A stretch of DNA of 64,000 bases. Source: Blasia pusilla. Taxonomy: Eukaryota. The stretch covers positions 38,750,001 through 38,814,000 of the forward strand of contig CM114271.1 of NCBI GenBank assembly GCA_050084515.1. Reading direction: 5' to 3'. The position numbers and the translations under genes were made by a program. This document shows, piece by piece, positions 14,640 through 28,017 of the stretch (positions within the stretch are counted from its first letter, which is position 1; every line of letters starts with the position of its first letter). The notes under the pieces are model-generated. The model saw only the letters and a list, made by a program, of their open reading frames with translations, was not told the DNA's origin and searched no databases.

Positions 14640-15886
14640 AAACACCTGGCGCGTGTATGACCATAACTCTAACAAAAGTCACACTGATAACCTCTTGGTA
14701 CAGCACCATCTCCTCCTGCATGCTAAGGCACACGTCCATGATCCTGACGAGTGCAATCACACTGATGATGGGCTCCACCACATGACCAACAAGTAATTGT
14801 AGGCAGCTGCTACTGAGCGGTATATGAAGGCGCAGGTCTCTGTGGCACGGCCTCCCGATATCCTCCTTGAGCTCGTGGTGCCACAGTCGACCTATCTCAG
14901 AGTCCATGTTGCTGCACATGTGGTGTAGAAAATCGTGACTACTCTCGCCCAGAACCCATGGTGGCTACACTCTCCTCCGCCATGTTGCGCTCAATGTTCT
15001 TGACGTTCCTAAAAACATCTCTCAACGTAGGGAAGGTCTTCATAAGAAGCACCCCCTCCCGCACACATGTCCGTAGGGTCTGGTCGAGCATGGCGTACCA
15101 TGACTGGATAGCCTGAGCCTCTGTCACCCCCTGAGTGACGTTGATCAACCCGCGCAAGCGAGTGTAAGCCTCACGTAAACTCTTACCCGAGCGCCTGTGG
15201 AAGTCATGGATGCTCCGCAACTTCTCCGTCCGTACCTCCTGGTAGCTCACCCTCAACTCAACGTAGAACTCAACCACGGGATTGAACCTGGGATGAACCC
15301 GACTAGATGGTGCAATTGCTCCAGTGCGAGTGACCCCTCCTAAAACATCACTAGTGGAAGAGGAAGTAGCCTTTCTTGACTCCTCCTCCTCATCTGGGAA
15401 TGGCTCCGTCCATGACACATAGTGTGGTTCATAGTAGAGTCGCCATGCTTCAATCTCCTGGGCATATCTGTGGGAAAACTCATGGTAATTGTCCATGGGC
15501 GCCCCTTCTAAATGCTGGAAAATACCATTCCATGCTATGAACGGGTTGAACTCTCTAGAGTTCCTAGCTCGTTTTGAGTCACACCAACTCCTAAACTCCG
15601 CAATGAAGTCGTGTAGCTCTAAAGTGCCTACAGCACACGAAAACCTACGCGGTCCTCTACCCCGGTCGTCCATCTCGTACGCCCAACTAGTAGGACCACT
15701 CAATGTGTACGGTGGATCACTAACACACTCCTCTATACGCTCCTCCTTGTCTGAAAACGACAAAGAAGGAGATCGAGGTGGTCTTTCACGTGGAGACCCC
15801 CAAAACCTTGCACCACTCTGGCTAAACCCTCTAGAGCTACTCTCAGGTCCACTACCTTGCCTCTCAAAATCCTGAAAGGACGCCAT
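14640..15886 (-). pseudogene. Gag of copy A with two zinc knuckles
   Basis: 315-aa ORF 14939-15886 with a retrotransposon-gag-like core (RSGKSLREAYTRLRGL). Downstream CWSCGGAHHQCDC and CDFC*SYGHTRARC at ~14640-14795. Confidence 0.8.
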
Positions 15887-18799
15887 GATAGCCCTTGTGC
15901 CCCTCTCACATGATCACTCTCAATCTTGCAAGCAATCTCTCAATCACTCAAACTAAACATGCGACACTCAATCTACACTCTCTCAATGAGACGTGTGCTA
16001 TGTGGCAACAAGCAACGTGGTGCGGCAAATCAACTAATCTATCGTCTCATCGACAAACCATCCTCAGCTTTGGATATACCACATAGGTGTATGTCCCATA
16101 AACCCATACATCCTCGATGCTCCTAGCATCAGCACAAAACCCAATATCCCAAATAACTTCCCAATACCCGAAAATCCCTCACACGTGCAGGGTAAGAGAC
16201 CAGAATGGGTAACCTGACAATAATGTCGATGTTGCTCCTCGGCAACTACAAATCTGGACCCCAACTTGGTCGTGGAGACAACTCCTCCAATCAGCAAGTC
16301 GTACTCGTCTTGTATTGACGCTGCTCAAACCTCCTCGATGTGCGGTACATGTCCAACGGTACGGTACGATACCGGCGGCACGGAATGGCTACCAACGGCA
16401 CGACACTCAAGAATGAGGTGCAGCATTCGGCGGCATACCCTCCTCAATCAGCACTCGGCGGCATACCCTCCTCACACGCTCTGCTCCTAAGTGAAGGAGC
16501 GGCTCCGCGATCGAGACGGTGCGGTGCGGCCACGAGCGGCATGGCGTGACAATCGCCGGCGCCTTACGGCTACGGGCGTCACGGCACAGTACTCAATCGT
16601 CATCGAGCGGCTACCAATCACAACATAGAAACATGAAATAAAAACTCAAACACCATAACCCGAGGTCACCTACCATTACTGGTTGATGACGAAATTGCGA
16701 TCACAGTGGCGGCCAAACCAAGGTACATGATGGCGGCGCAAATCAGACAATCAACTTTGGTTGTGGAAGACCCTCCACTCCATAATGGCGGCAATGGCAA
16801 CCAAAGGGTGGACAACGGTCGAATGCGGCTCTAAGAAACGCTAGGCGGCAGCGGCGGTCGACGGTGGACGGTGGACCGCTGATGGTGACGGCCGACCATT
16901 GATGGTGATGGTTGACCGTCAATGGCAGACTATTGATGGTAACTATGACGGCGACAGCCGCCAATGGCATGGCAACTGGTTTAGGGTTTGAACAATTTAA
17001 CTCTAAAAATTGCCTAGCAATGGCAATTTTGCAAGATTGACCATAACATTTTGCTCACAACTCCAAATTTAGCACCATTTGTTGCCCAACATGCATATCT
17101 TCATGATCTACGACGGCAGAAAAAAATATTTTGAATAAAACATTTGAGTAAAAACTAACAGGGAGTTTTGTTAAGCCCAATGTCTCTTTCTCTTATACAA
17201 AATTTGGCAGCGCTTTCGCGCTGATTTCTCCCAACAAAAATGTAAAACCTGTGAAAATACAAATCAGAAAGCTACATGGTGATCCCAAGAGCACCGGCAT
17301 GGGGCAACTTGCCCCCATACTCAATCCCTATAAAAAATTGGGCAGCGCTTTTGCGCGCCACTCTTCCACACAAAAAATCGGCAAAGGAAACATCACAAGT
17401 AAGCAGCTCTTGCTCCGGTGAGCACTTCCATGAACCGCTGAATGGGGAATAGGATCCCCAACGTGCAAAACCAAGGAGTGACCAGCAAGCTCCCCCATGA
17501 AGCTCTGTCACTCACTCATTCTCTCTTTGTAAAATAAGATCCAATCTCTCTCAAAACACCATAGTTCTCACCTGTGTGCACTCTCACATATCTCTCTCAA
17601 TGTCAAACCAAATCCACTCTCCTAATAAGAGGCTTGGGTTACACACACAAAGCAAGCAAGACCATAGCTTCGCCGTCTCATGCCAAGAGGTTCAACAAAA
17701 AGAGAATGAGCTCTCAAGCTCTCTCTCCTTGAGGTATATCTGTCCCCTCTCCCAAGCTCTCTCCATGATAACCTATGCTCCCAAGTCACCTCCTTGGCTC
17801 TTGACCTCATGTAGGAAGTTAAGAGCCACTTACCAAAAATATAAATTCGATTATGTACTCAAAATGGTACTTATCTAAAATAGTAAGTTCCTCAATATGG
17901 CTCCAAATGAGCCGAAACGAAGGGAAAACCTGCTCTCTCAGGTTTCTCAAGGCCTCAGCAGGTCATCCTCGACCTATTGAGCATGTCCTCCACTCCTCAC
18001 AAAGGCGCTCTACTAGATCTTACCAATCTATCCTAAAAGATATGACACACTTGATGACGATCGAGTATCGTGTAGTGACGCTCGTATCCACAATGCGTCG
18101 TGCCTGCTCATGGCCGCACCGCACCGTCTCAATCACGAGCCGCATCCTCACTTTGGAGCATGGCATATGTTTCTGATTGCGGAGGATATGCCACTAAGTG
18201 CTTCATCCCACCATCGAGTGTTGTGTCGCTTGTAGCCATTCCGTGCTCCGAGTGTCGTACCGTACTGCTGGACTCGCTCCGCACATCGAGGAGATTTGAG
18301 CATCGTCAATACGAGAGGAGTATGACTTACAGATTTGAGGAGTTTGTCTTCACAATCGAGTTGGGGTTGAGCTTTATAGTTGGTGAGGAGTGACATTGAC
18401 ATTATTAAGGTTACCCATTCTGATCTTTTGCCCTACAGTGTGATGGAATTCCGAGTATTTTGCAGTTATTTGGGATATTGGGTTTGGTGTGGATGTAGAG
18501 CGCATCATGGATGTATGGGTTTAGGGGACATAGACCTGTATGGGATATTCACACTTGAGGGTATGTTCTATTGATGAGACAATAGATCTGTCAATTTTCC
18601 ACAGCACGCCGCTTGTTGCTGCACAGTACACGTCTCAGTGAAAGGGAGTGTAGGCTGAATGCCGCATGTTTGGTTCGGTGATTGAGGGATTATTCATGAG
18701 ATTGAGACTGATCGCATGGGAGGGGCACGAGGATCATCATGGCATCCTTTTGGTACTTTGAGAGGCAAGGTGGTGGACGTGAAAGTAGCTTTAGAGGTT

Positions 18800-19445
18800 T
18801 AGGCTCCAACGCATGAGAGATCTTAGAAAATGCACAAGGATCAGTTGAGATATTGGCCAAAAATTACTATGAGAGCAGTTGGATTGAGGGCCAATTTCAG
18901 GGGCCCGATTGTCTTTCCCTAAAGTAAGGGTGAAGACATGGATCCCCAAAAGAACTAGTAAGGGGGAGTGTCTCCAACGATTCTTGGAACACGAACCTCA
19001 CTTTGAGTGCCAAACAACATCTTAAGGGCACGGGATGGAACAAGACTTTGGCGTTGGAACTCGAAACCCAAACCTGATCCAAGGGAATGGATTTCGGAAG
19101 CCACACTCCAACCAGAGATTCATTTTCGTGACTCACAGCTAGATACTCATTGGATATCTATTGGACAGTTTGAACCACGAGGCATGCAAGCCCCATTTGA
19201 GGTTCCTCAACCGACTTGAAATTTTGTCCCAAGTCTTCAAAGACTTGGCTATGTTGTAAATTGTGAAACTAGGAAGATTGAGCTTGATGAGAGGCCGAAT
19301 CGAGAACTCGGATAGTTTGAATGATGATAGACCTAGATCCGAATAATGTGAGTGCATGTTTGGGTGCAGATCAAGATTGAGAGTGTGTCCTACTGGACGT
19401 ACGCTTCCGCAACATTAATGATTTACGTTCAAGGAGAGTAGGCAC
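18800..19445 (+). repeat. Partial segment Y replacing part of gag in copy B
   Basis: Reverse-complement match to ~13235-13885; ends acgcttccgcaaca...gttcaaggagagtaggc. Confidence 0.75.
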
Positions 19446-22094
19446 ATGACAATCGGGGTAGAGGACCGCGTAGGTTTCTAGGTGCTTTAGGTACCATAGA
19501 GTTACAAGACTTCATCGCAGAGTTTAGAAGTTGGTGTGATTCACAATGGGCTAGGAACTCAAGATAGTTCAACCCGTTTATAGCATGGACCAGCATTTTG
19601 ACAAGGCACCCATGGACGAATACCATGAGTTTTCTCAGAGATATGCCCATGAGATTGAGGCATGGAGACTCTACTATGACCCACACTATGTGTCCATGAC
19701 TAAGCCATTTCCACACGAGGAGGCGGAGTTAGGAGAGGCTACTTCCTCTTCCATCATTGATGAGTTAGGAGGGGTGAGTCCGACTAGGGCAGTTGCATCG
19801 TCCAGTCGGGTTCGTCATAGGTTCAACCTCGTAGTTGAGTTCTTTGGGGAGTTGCGGATGAGCTATTGGGGGTATGGACCGAGAATTTATAGAGCATCCA
19901 CGACTTCCATAGGCTCTTGGGTGAGAGTTTGCTTGAGGCCTGCACTTGCTTGCGTCATTTGATTAGTGTCACTTAAGGGGTGACAAAGTCCCAAGCTATC
20001 CAAGCATAGTACGCGATGCTCGACCGAGACATGCGAAAACTGGTGAGGGATGGGGTACTTCTAATGCGCACCTCACCTACGTTGAAAGATATTTTTGAGA
20101 CTGCGGAGAATATTGAGCGCAATATGGCTAAGGAGAGCGTAGTAGCCATGGGTTCTGTGCGAGGGCAGTCACAATTCGCTCCATCGTTAGTGGAGAAATG
20201 TGGATTTTGGGAGAGGATTGTGGCACCACGAGCTCAAAGAGGATATCGAGAGCCCGTGGCATAGCGACTTGCACCATCATATGCGGCTTAGCAGCAATCG
20301 CCAAGGATTATTTATTGGGCATGTAGTGGAGCCCATGACCAACGCGATTGCACCCGTTACGATAGTGGAGGCGTGCCTCAGCATGGAGGAGATGGGTTTG
20401 CACCAGAAGTTTATGAGTGTTACCATCATCAAAGGTACGGTCATATACGAGCCAGGTGTTTCAGTCTACTCCTGAGTTACGCCCGCAGCGAGGGCGAGAG
20501 AGGGCATCAAAGAAAGTTTTTGGTCTGGGTGGACCTAGAGGTCGTGTACTAGGTGGTCATGTTGGGGGATGAGGAGTTGGTTTTGCCTGAGTGGAGTTTC
20601 CCGTAGAGGAGGTTGAAGTCCACCACGTAGACACTTTGAGGGAGACGTCGGACGTGAGGCTGGGATATCTCCTCACATACATCAATTACAACTGCAAATT
20701 GTTGCTATGGCATTGAGGTTATCCAATGTCAGATCAGTGGCGTCGACGTCTTATAGGGAAGCTAGGGACATGAAGGATCTTGGTTGGATGTGCGCGGTTG
20801 CACAAACGGAGACAGACGCTAGAGTTACTTGTGGAGCAACTGCAGATCTAGAGTTGGATACGTAGAGAGGGGAGTCCAGGAAACAGAATGACTTCTTCAG
20901 TCTTTTAGATTCTCCGAGGCGATGAGGACCCCATCGATCGGTCTTGATCAGATTTCATGGAGGATTGATGTTGTGGGTGTACAGGCACGGAGGGTGCGAT
21001 GGAAGAAGTGAGTGCGACGACTCCTATTGCAGGTGCTCAAGTGGAGCTTGTGTCAAGCACGTTGTTGGGGGCGGCCACTACGATATACTGCGCACCATTG
21101 TTTTCTACTTTCAATGTTACGACGTTGGGAGGTATACTGATCGAGGTTTCAGGCTGGCCGCTACGCTATGTGAACATGGAGTTGGTGTTCCTCCGTCACG
21201 ATCAGAGGTGATTGGAGAGGAGGTGGTGGACCTGGCCTTGGAGCCTATGCTCGGGCCGTCCAAATTATATTCATGGCAAGCTACGGTTGCTAGGATGGCA
21301 GAGATGCACGCTAGACCCGCGATCGAGCATGCCATGGTATCGCGAGATGTTGTGTTGTTGGATAACTAGGGAGAGGTCTTCCAGTTGGTGAGTCCATGAG
21401 GCACATTGTTTTTTCCGATGCACGTCTTGTTGGATTTAGGAGGGCAATCCTTGATGTTGGGGAAGGGGGCATTTACAAGATTGGGCCTGACGAGGGCTGA
21501 CATGGAGTATTGCCCATTCATAATACATATATCCTTGGGTTGAGCGAGTATGATGCAATTTATCACCCGACATGAGGTTGTGGTGAGGATTAGCCCGGGA
21601 CATACATCAGATGAGTCCATGGTGCGATCCAAGTCGATAGTGACCAATGCTGAGTCCTATGACGTCGTGGTTGGAGGAGTATGCATCCTACAGACCAAGA
21701 TGGTAGTCTGGTCATGGTCGACTTAGCTCATTACCCGTTCGATTCACGAGTGGAGTGATCGAGAGATGGCCAATAGAGATGGCAATATTAATTGTATTCA
21801 GCAGTGCCATCACGTGGCCTACTGATGTGATTAAGGGGCATGACCATGCAAAGGACACACCCGCACCTAACACTTCTAGGGAGAGGAGTGTTATGCTAGT
21901 CGCATCATTCCATGGAGGAGAGGTGCCGTTGTGGGGCTCGATTAAGGAGCTTCCACGCTTGCCCAATAAGCACGTGCAGACGGCGTGGAGTGAGACGTTT
22001 GCACCAGAGAGCGATGGGTCAGAGGAACCCAAGGTAGCCGAGAGTGCTACGATGACATCCTTGGATACCACACCGATTGTGTGGCACATTCCAG

Positions 22095-23055
22095 AGGAGG
22101 ATATTCGGGTGTCGGATCTCTTTGGAGGGATCGGCACTACGTTAGCTGCTATTTTGGAGGCACGAGTATGTGCGCAAAAATATTTGTATATTGAGCTTGA
22201 TGAGGTTGCAAGGCACGTTTCACTACAACATGTGGCATAGTTACGCCTCCATTTCCCGACTTGTTGTGTGCGTCCGCCGTATAGGGATACCATAGTTCCC
22301 TAACGAGGGATATTTCATTACTGGGAGCGCAAGACTTGGAGCGGGTAGGGACCATTGATTTGGTTATTGTTGGTTGGCGATGTCAGGACCAATCGAGTCC
22401 TGGATGAGATAGTGGATTAGTTGACACTTGCTCCATGTTATTTTGGGAGATGATGAGGATCTTGCAACACTTGTAGGAGCATCAAATCAATCTTGTTCTA
22501 TTGCTTACATCTTGAAGAATGTAACAATTTTGGGCGATTCGACGTCACGGCTGGTGACGAGTGCACATCTAATGCCCACATGGATCAGCCCAGAAGTGTT
22601 GTTGGATGCGGTGATTGTATGTTCACAAGCTCATCGTCCACGTCTTTGGTGAACCAACTTGGTGCCCCATGAGGTCTTGCATATGCCCTATGCAAGACCT
22701 CATGGGAGCGCCCCTCCCATTTTTGGGTGGATTCTATTCTCAACCCAAGTCATCGATCAGAGGTAGTGAGGCACAATGATCAAACGTCATTCTCTATGGT
22801 CAACAAAATTTGCATGCCACGGGCAGCCTTTCCCACATTTGTGTGTTTTTCCGCTTCATGTGCATATAAGGAAGATGAACTTGGCTTGGTTTGGGATGAC
22901 TAGGTATAGCGGTTGGTGGAGCCCCACGTCATTGAGCGAGAGTGAATGATGGGATTTCCCACAAGAGTGACAGGATTACCCTCACTATTAGAGGCATGAT
23001 AATAACATGTCTTGGGTTAAGCGATAGACTTGAACTGATTGACATGGATGGTCAT
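22095..23055 (+). pseudogene. C5-cytosine DNA methyltransferase domain (DNMT3-like) in copy B pol
   Basis: VSDLFGGIGT (I), YIELD (II), DLVIVGWRCQ (IV), LFWEMMRIL, YILKNV (VI), LLDA..SQAHRPRLW*TNL (VIII), MGFP (IX), HVLG*AIDLN (X). Confidence 0.9.
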
Positions 23056-24485
23056 CTTAGGAGTAGTTGAGCAACAGGTCATAACAGTTGCGTTGGTGAG
23101 CCCCACGCCTACCAAAATGGTTGAGGTAGTGGTTGGGGGCTAGATCTGAGGAGATCGACACTCCAGGGGTGATCGGGAGAGATACCCTTGGACTTCCTGG
23201 GATATTTTGCAAGTACGTCAAGAGATGGTAGCCACAACATCGAGCGTGGTTTCGGATATTGCACATGGAGAAGATGAGATTTTGCAATTGGTTGCACGTT
23301 AGCAATCAAGCTATGTTATTCACAATGGGATTGTACCATAATAACTATCGATACCAGCCTTGGAGAGTCCTACCCTAGTCACAATGAAGACGTGGGAGTC
23401 AGATATGGGCCCTTAGTTGACAGGAGGAGAGCGGCGCCAGATAGATTAGTTCTTTTTGGAGTTATAGGAGTTATTTTGCATTTAGCATACATGATTTGGG
23501 TACGTTGAAGGGTCCAAGGATCCGCATTGGGTTGTCTAGCGACACACCAATCTTTGGACAACCTTACAAGTACAATGATATGAAGAGGGCTCTAATTCAA
23601 TGTAGGAGCCAAGACTTGGTTGGAGTAGGACGAGTGCAGATGTCGTATGGAGAGTATGCATCTGCCACTGTAATGCCCGCCAAGAAGGATGTGCATGGCA
23701 ACTGGAGGGATAGGCGGATGTGTGGAGATTACCAACCTATCAATCGGTGGACGAAGTCCAATAGGTATGCCATGCCCATTCCTAAGGAGACCTTTGATGT
23801 TATTGGGCATGCAAAGGTCTTCTATTTGTTGGATCTTCAAGCCAGATACCATAAGTTGCCTATCCTCTAATCTGATAGGCAGCTGATGGTATCCGACTTT
23901 CAGATTGGAGGATAGGCAAAAGATTACATTTTGGGGCATCAATCCTCACGGGAAGGATGGCTTGTACGAGTGGCGTTTCTTACCATTTGGGTTAAAGAAC
24001 GCTCCGGCTGAGTTTTGAGAGAGTCATAGATAAGATCTTGGCAGGTCTTGATTTTGCTAGGTGTCATATTGATGACATCGTAGCCTTTAGCGCCATGGTT
24101 GACGAGCATGAGCGACATTTGGAGGAGGTGTTTCAACGATTGCAATTACATGGGCTAACCCTACATCCAAGCAAGTGCAAGTTCTTCTATAACCAGATTA
24201 AGTACTTGGGTCATAGAATATACCTAGGTAGCCTTGGTGTGTAGCAGACGAAGGTAGAGGCTATTTCACGCATTACATACCCAAAAAATATGAGTTGAGT
24301 ACTTGCATTCATGGGATTGGCAAAATTTGATCGACGGTACATCAAGGATATCAATTTGATTGCAAAGTCGTTAACCTCGCTCATCAAGGTGGATCAAGAG
24401 TGGCACTTGGGGATGAATGGGAGAGAGCATTTCAACTGCTCAAGGTCAGGTTGATGTCTGCGCCCATATTGAGGAGACCAATCAG

Positions 24486-24726
24486 CAAGGTTGCATGTGG
24501 ACAAAGTCCATGTCCGTGGACTTATGTCTGTTCCATACTCCCCCATTTCTTCCTCCCTCCACCTCCACTCCCTCCTTCCTCATTGCTCTTATCATCCTTG
24601 CCTTGCCTTCCATCATGGACTAAAAGTGTGGGTCCTACCTCTTGGAACTCATGTCCGTGTACATGTCCAGACTTGTCCGTCCATGTCTATCCTAAGGAAG
24701 GACTTGTCCGTTTTTGTGCAACCATG
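24486..24726. mobile_element. hAT-type MITE (241 bp) inserted in copy B
   Basis: TIRs CAAGGTTGCA / TGCAACCATG; 8-bp TSD CCAATCAG (24478-24485) / CCAATGAG (24727-24734). It interrupts the RRPI|RGRPF frame. Confidence 0.85.
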
Positions 24727-24977
24727 CCAATGAGGGGGCGTCCTTTCCAATTGCATACAGATTGGAGCATGTTGGCGCTTGGAGTGGTGCTCATCCAACA
24801 TGACGATGAGGGTAGAGAGTTTGTGGTGGCTTACGCTAGCAGCTTGAACAATGTTGTAGAGACAAATTATAGCTCGTATGAGGAGGAGTGTTTGGTTGCA
24901 GTGTGGGCTATCATGCATTTCAGGTGTTACTTATTTGGCAACCCCTTTACCATCATTACTGTTCATTAGCCACTTAA

Positions 24978-25318
24978 TGTAACTCTCCAACTCCCGAAAC
25001 CACTCTAGAGTTGGTCAAAGCAAGAATAGCCTTCAAGGCCTCTCCTCTTCCTTTATATACTCAGAGATAGGTACAATGAAGACAAAGTAGCTCTTCCTAT
25101 CCTTATGCCACGTGTCTTAATCTCATAGCATGAGAGGATCTCTTTTCCCCTCTAATATTCCGACCTCATCCTTATCTTCCTTTTCACCAACTTTTGGCCC
25201 CACTCTCATCTTTATCTCATGTATCTTGCCTTTTTTCTCTTTTTGGTTGATTTTTTCCCACGTATGCGTCGCATGTCATAGATTATAACTTAACTATTAC
25301 TAACAAAGGATGGTTACA
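24978..25318. mobile_element. Solo LTR (341 bp) inserted in RNase H of copy B
   Basis: TGTAAC...GTTACA ends, perfect 5-bp TSD CTTAA, internal TATA-like tttatata. Confidence 0.9.
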
Positions 25319-27392
25319 CTTAAGTGGTTGATGGAGTCCCGAAAACTTATAGGGAAGCTTGCGAGGTGGGTTCTATTGTTGGAGGAGTATGATTTCCAAG
25401 TGGTGCATAGACCTAGGAGGCTCAACCAAGATGTAGATGGTTTGAGTTGTAACCCATGCCTGAGTGAGCAAGATGCAATTGGAGCTCAGTGGTATGGAGA
25501 GAGTGATGAGAAGTTGGTGCCAAGATGGCACGCGTCAGCCTATTTGGGCTTGTTGGCTATGGATAGCCATAGTGTTGAGACTTCGATGGCGAGGTGTGTG
25601 GGAGAGTCCTTAGATCCAGAGGTCGGTGAGGAGGCAACAGGTGGCTGAGATATTCATGAGAATATAGCAGTCTTTGTGTACCTATGTATTGGAAATATCG
25701 TGAGCACATTAATTGCTAGCTAGAGAGCGAGATTGGATCCTATAGCAAGCCAAACGATTCCGATGGGAGGAGACACATATATTGCAAGTTTGGGAGGATG
25801 GTAGAGTATGTGTAATGCCTTATCTTTCACATAGAGCATGTTTGGTGAAGCATGCTTACAAGGAGTTGGGTCATTTTGGAGTGGAGTGGATGTACAACTT
25901 GCTCTAGATACAATATTGGTGGCGAGGCATGCAGATTGACGTTTAGGAATTTGTTGCTATGTGCATGATGTGTGATCGGGTCCAAGCATCCTTCAATGCT
26001 CTTACTCTACAACTGCATCCATTTCTGATCATGGATTTAGGTTCTAGATGGATTTTGGACTTTTCAAGACGTTTACCTTTGACGGAGCGCCATAGTCGTT
26101 ATGTGTTGGTGATGGTCGAACACTTCTCGAAGTGGATAGAGTTGGTTATATTTCTTGAAAAAGTGAGTGAGGGAGTAGCATATGCCTTTCTAGAGCAAAT
26201 GTTGAGTCATTACGGTGCAACAGCTGAGGTGTTGATAGACCAGGGTATGGAGTTTTACGTGGAGTTTCAGTCCTTGAATGATCATACACTTATCAACCAC
26301 TACACCACTTCGCGGGATCATCCTAAGACGGATGGATTAGTGGAGAGGATTGTGCCAACAATGAAGAGAGGTTTGCGCAAGTATGGTTTCCTAGGAGAAT
26401 GGGACCTCCAATTTTTGTGGTTCGCGATGGGATACAAATTCGGCAGGCAAGCCTCCTTAACGTCTTTCTCACCATCCTTGTTGCTTTATGGCCAAGAGCC
26501 AGACTTACTTGCGGCCATTTGTCAAGATGTTATGAGATGTTGAATCTTGATGACCCTGATGTATGGATGGGAGTATGTTCTTAGAGGGCTGGGTTATTTC
26601 GGAAAGTAATGTCCATGACGTTTGAGAACCTGGCGATTGCGGAACATCGAGATACTTTGAGGTATGCGACTATTCGGGGAGGTGATTATCGACCTACTAT
26701 CCGGAGGTTTCATCAAGGAGGCTATGTCTACTCGCAACAGACGGCACCCACAATTTTGGATGTGAGTGCAAGGCACACCATCTGGAGAGTGCGTAAGATT
26801 TTACCATATGGTGTTCTTTTATTGGAGGGACGTGATGGTATGGTTTGGAAGGACCATTTGCATAATTTTGCGTCATGTCATCTTCTCAACATTGACAGTA
26901 CATTTGATCCGAGCTAAGCAGTAGTTCTTGCATGCTTACAATGTATGTTGTGTGGTTCCGCCCGTGGTGCAGCCACTACGTTAGTCTATGATGGATGTTT
27001 GAGAGGATGGCATATGGCATGCTTGACGCCATCTCTCACTAGGGTTTCTCAGGAACAATATATGTGCCCTAGATGTACATAGAGTAGATAGGCATATATT
27101 CCGACTTGTGTCTGTGATATGGATGACAAGAAGGCGACTACAAATGGGACCACATGAGCACCCAACCTTTTTGCTCTTAGTGTCCTAGAGATGTATATCA
27201 TGGTAGGTAGGGATAGATGGCTATCTAGCGTTAGAGGGATCCAACCACCAACTAGGTGGGCGATTGGAGATATCTTGGCACTTCTCGTCTTGTTGTGTGG
27301 ATTCCATGAGTTGAAATGGGATCGTGTTTGTTTGTATGTGCATTTGGTGATAACGATGTACGTTGTGTAGCGATGTGTATGTGCATGACAAC

Positions 27393-28017
27393 TATCACGT
27401 CTGTTAGGATAGATCAACAAGATCTAGTAGAGATCCTTCAAAGATAGTAGAGGACAATCCCTAAAGGTCAAGCATGACTTGTTGAGGCCATGGGAAACCT
27501 GAGAGAGCAAGTTTCTCCTTCATTTCGGCTCATTTGGAGCTATATTGAGAAACTTATTATTTCGGGCAAGTTACGATTTTGTATGGTTGACTTTCCACTT
27601 TGGGAAGTGGCCCTTGACCTGGTATAGTAGGTCAAGAGCCAAGGAGTTGATCTGGGAGCATAGGTTATCGTGGAGAGAGGTTGGGAGAGAAAAGGGGGTA
27701 TACCTCTAAGAGAGAGAAAGCATGAGCTCTCTTTGTTGAACCTTTTAGCATGAGGCGGCGGAACTATGGTCATCCTTGCCTTGTATGTGTAATCCAAGCC
27801 TCTCATTAAGAGAATGGGTTTGGTTTTACATATGAGAGAGAGAGTGCACACATTGTGAGACCTTGTTGTGAGTGAATTCCACTTGATCTAATTGAAGATA
27901 TTTTGGTATTTCTCATCTCGTTGTGTGGATTTCATGAATTAACATGGGATCCTGTGTGTTTGTATCCGCATTCGATGACAACGATGTATGTTATGAAATG
28001 ATATATATGCGTACAAA
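27393..28017 (+). mobile_element. Short derivative of the same family: 5' terminal ~480 bp joined to 3' terminal ~125 bp
   Basis: 27393-27865 matches the 5' end of A (18047 to 17570); 27890-28017 repeats 27262-27390. Starts 2 bp after the 3' end of B. Confidence 0.75.

Larger units (their letters stand above)
7349..18047 (-). mobile_element. Ty3/Gypsy-type retroelement copy A (gag-PR-DNMT3-RT-RH-IN-PHD), full length, degenerate
   Basis: Termini TGTCATATC (18047) ... GCACGACA (7349) flanked by CACT at 7345-7348 and 18048-18051. All pol domains are recognisable in Gypsy order. Confidence 0.9.
18048..27390 (+). mobile_element. Ty3/Gypsy-type retroelement copy B, main body, highly degenerate
   Basis: Colinear with A: gag from ATG 18739, protease ~21420 (HVLLDLGG), DNMT 22095-23055, RT 23490-24250 (HIDD), RNase H, integrase 25959-26900, PHD ~26940-27078. 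3' end GCATGACA at 27390. Confidence 0.9.

Noticed and set aside
17570-27865. Inverted repeats flanking copy B
   Set aside because: They are the 5' end of A and the 5' end of the downstream mini-unit, not TIRs of B.
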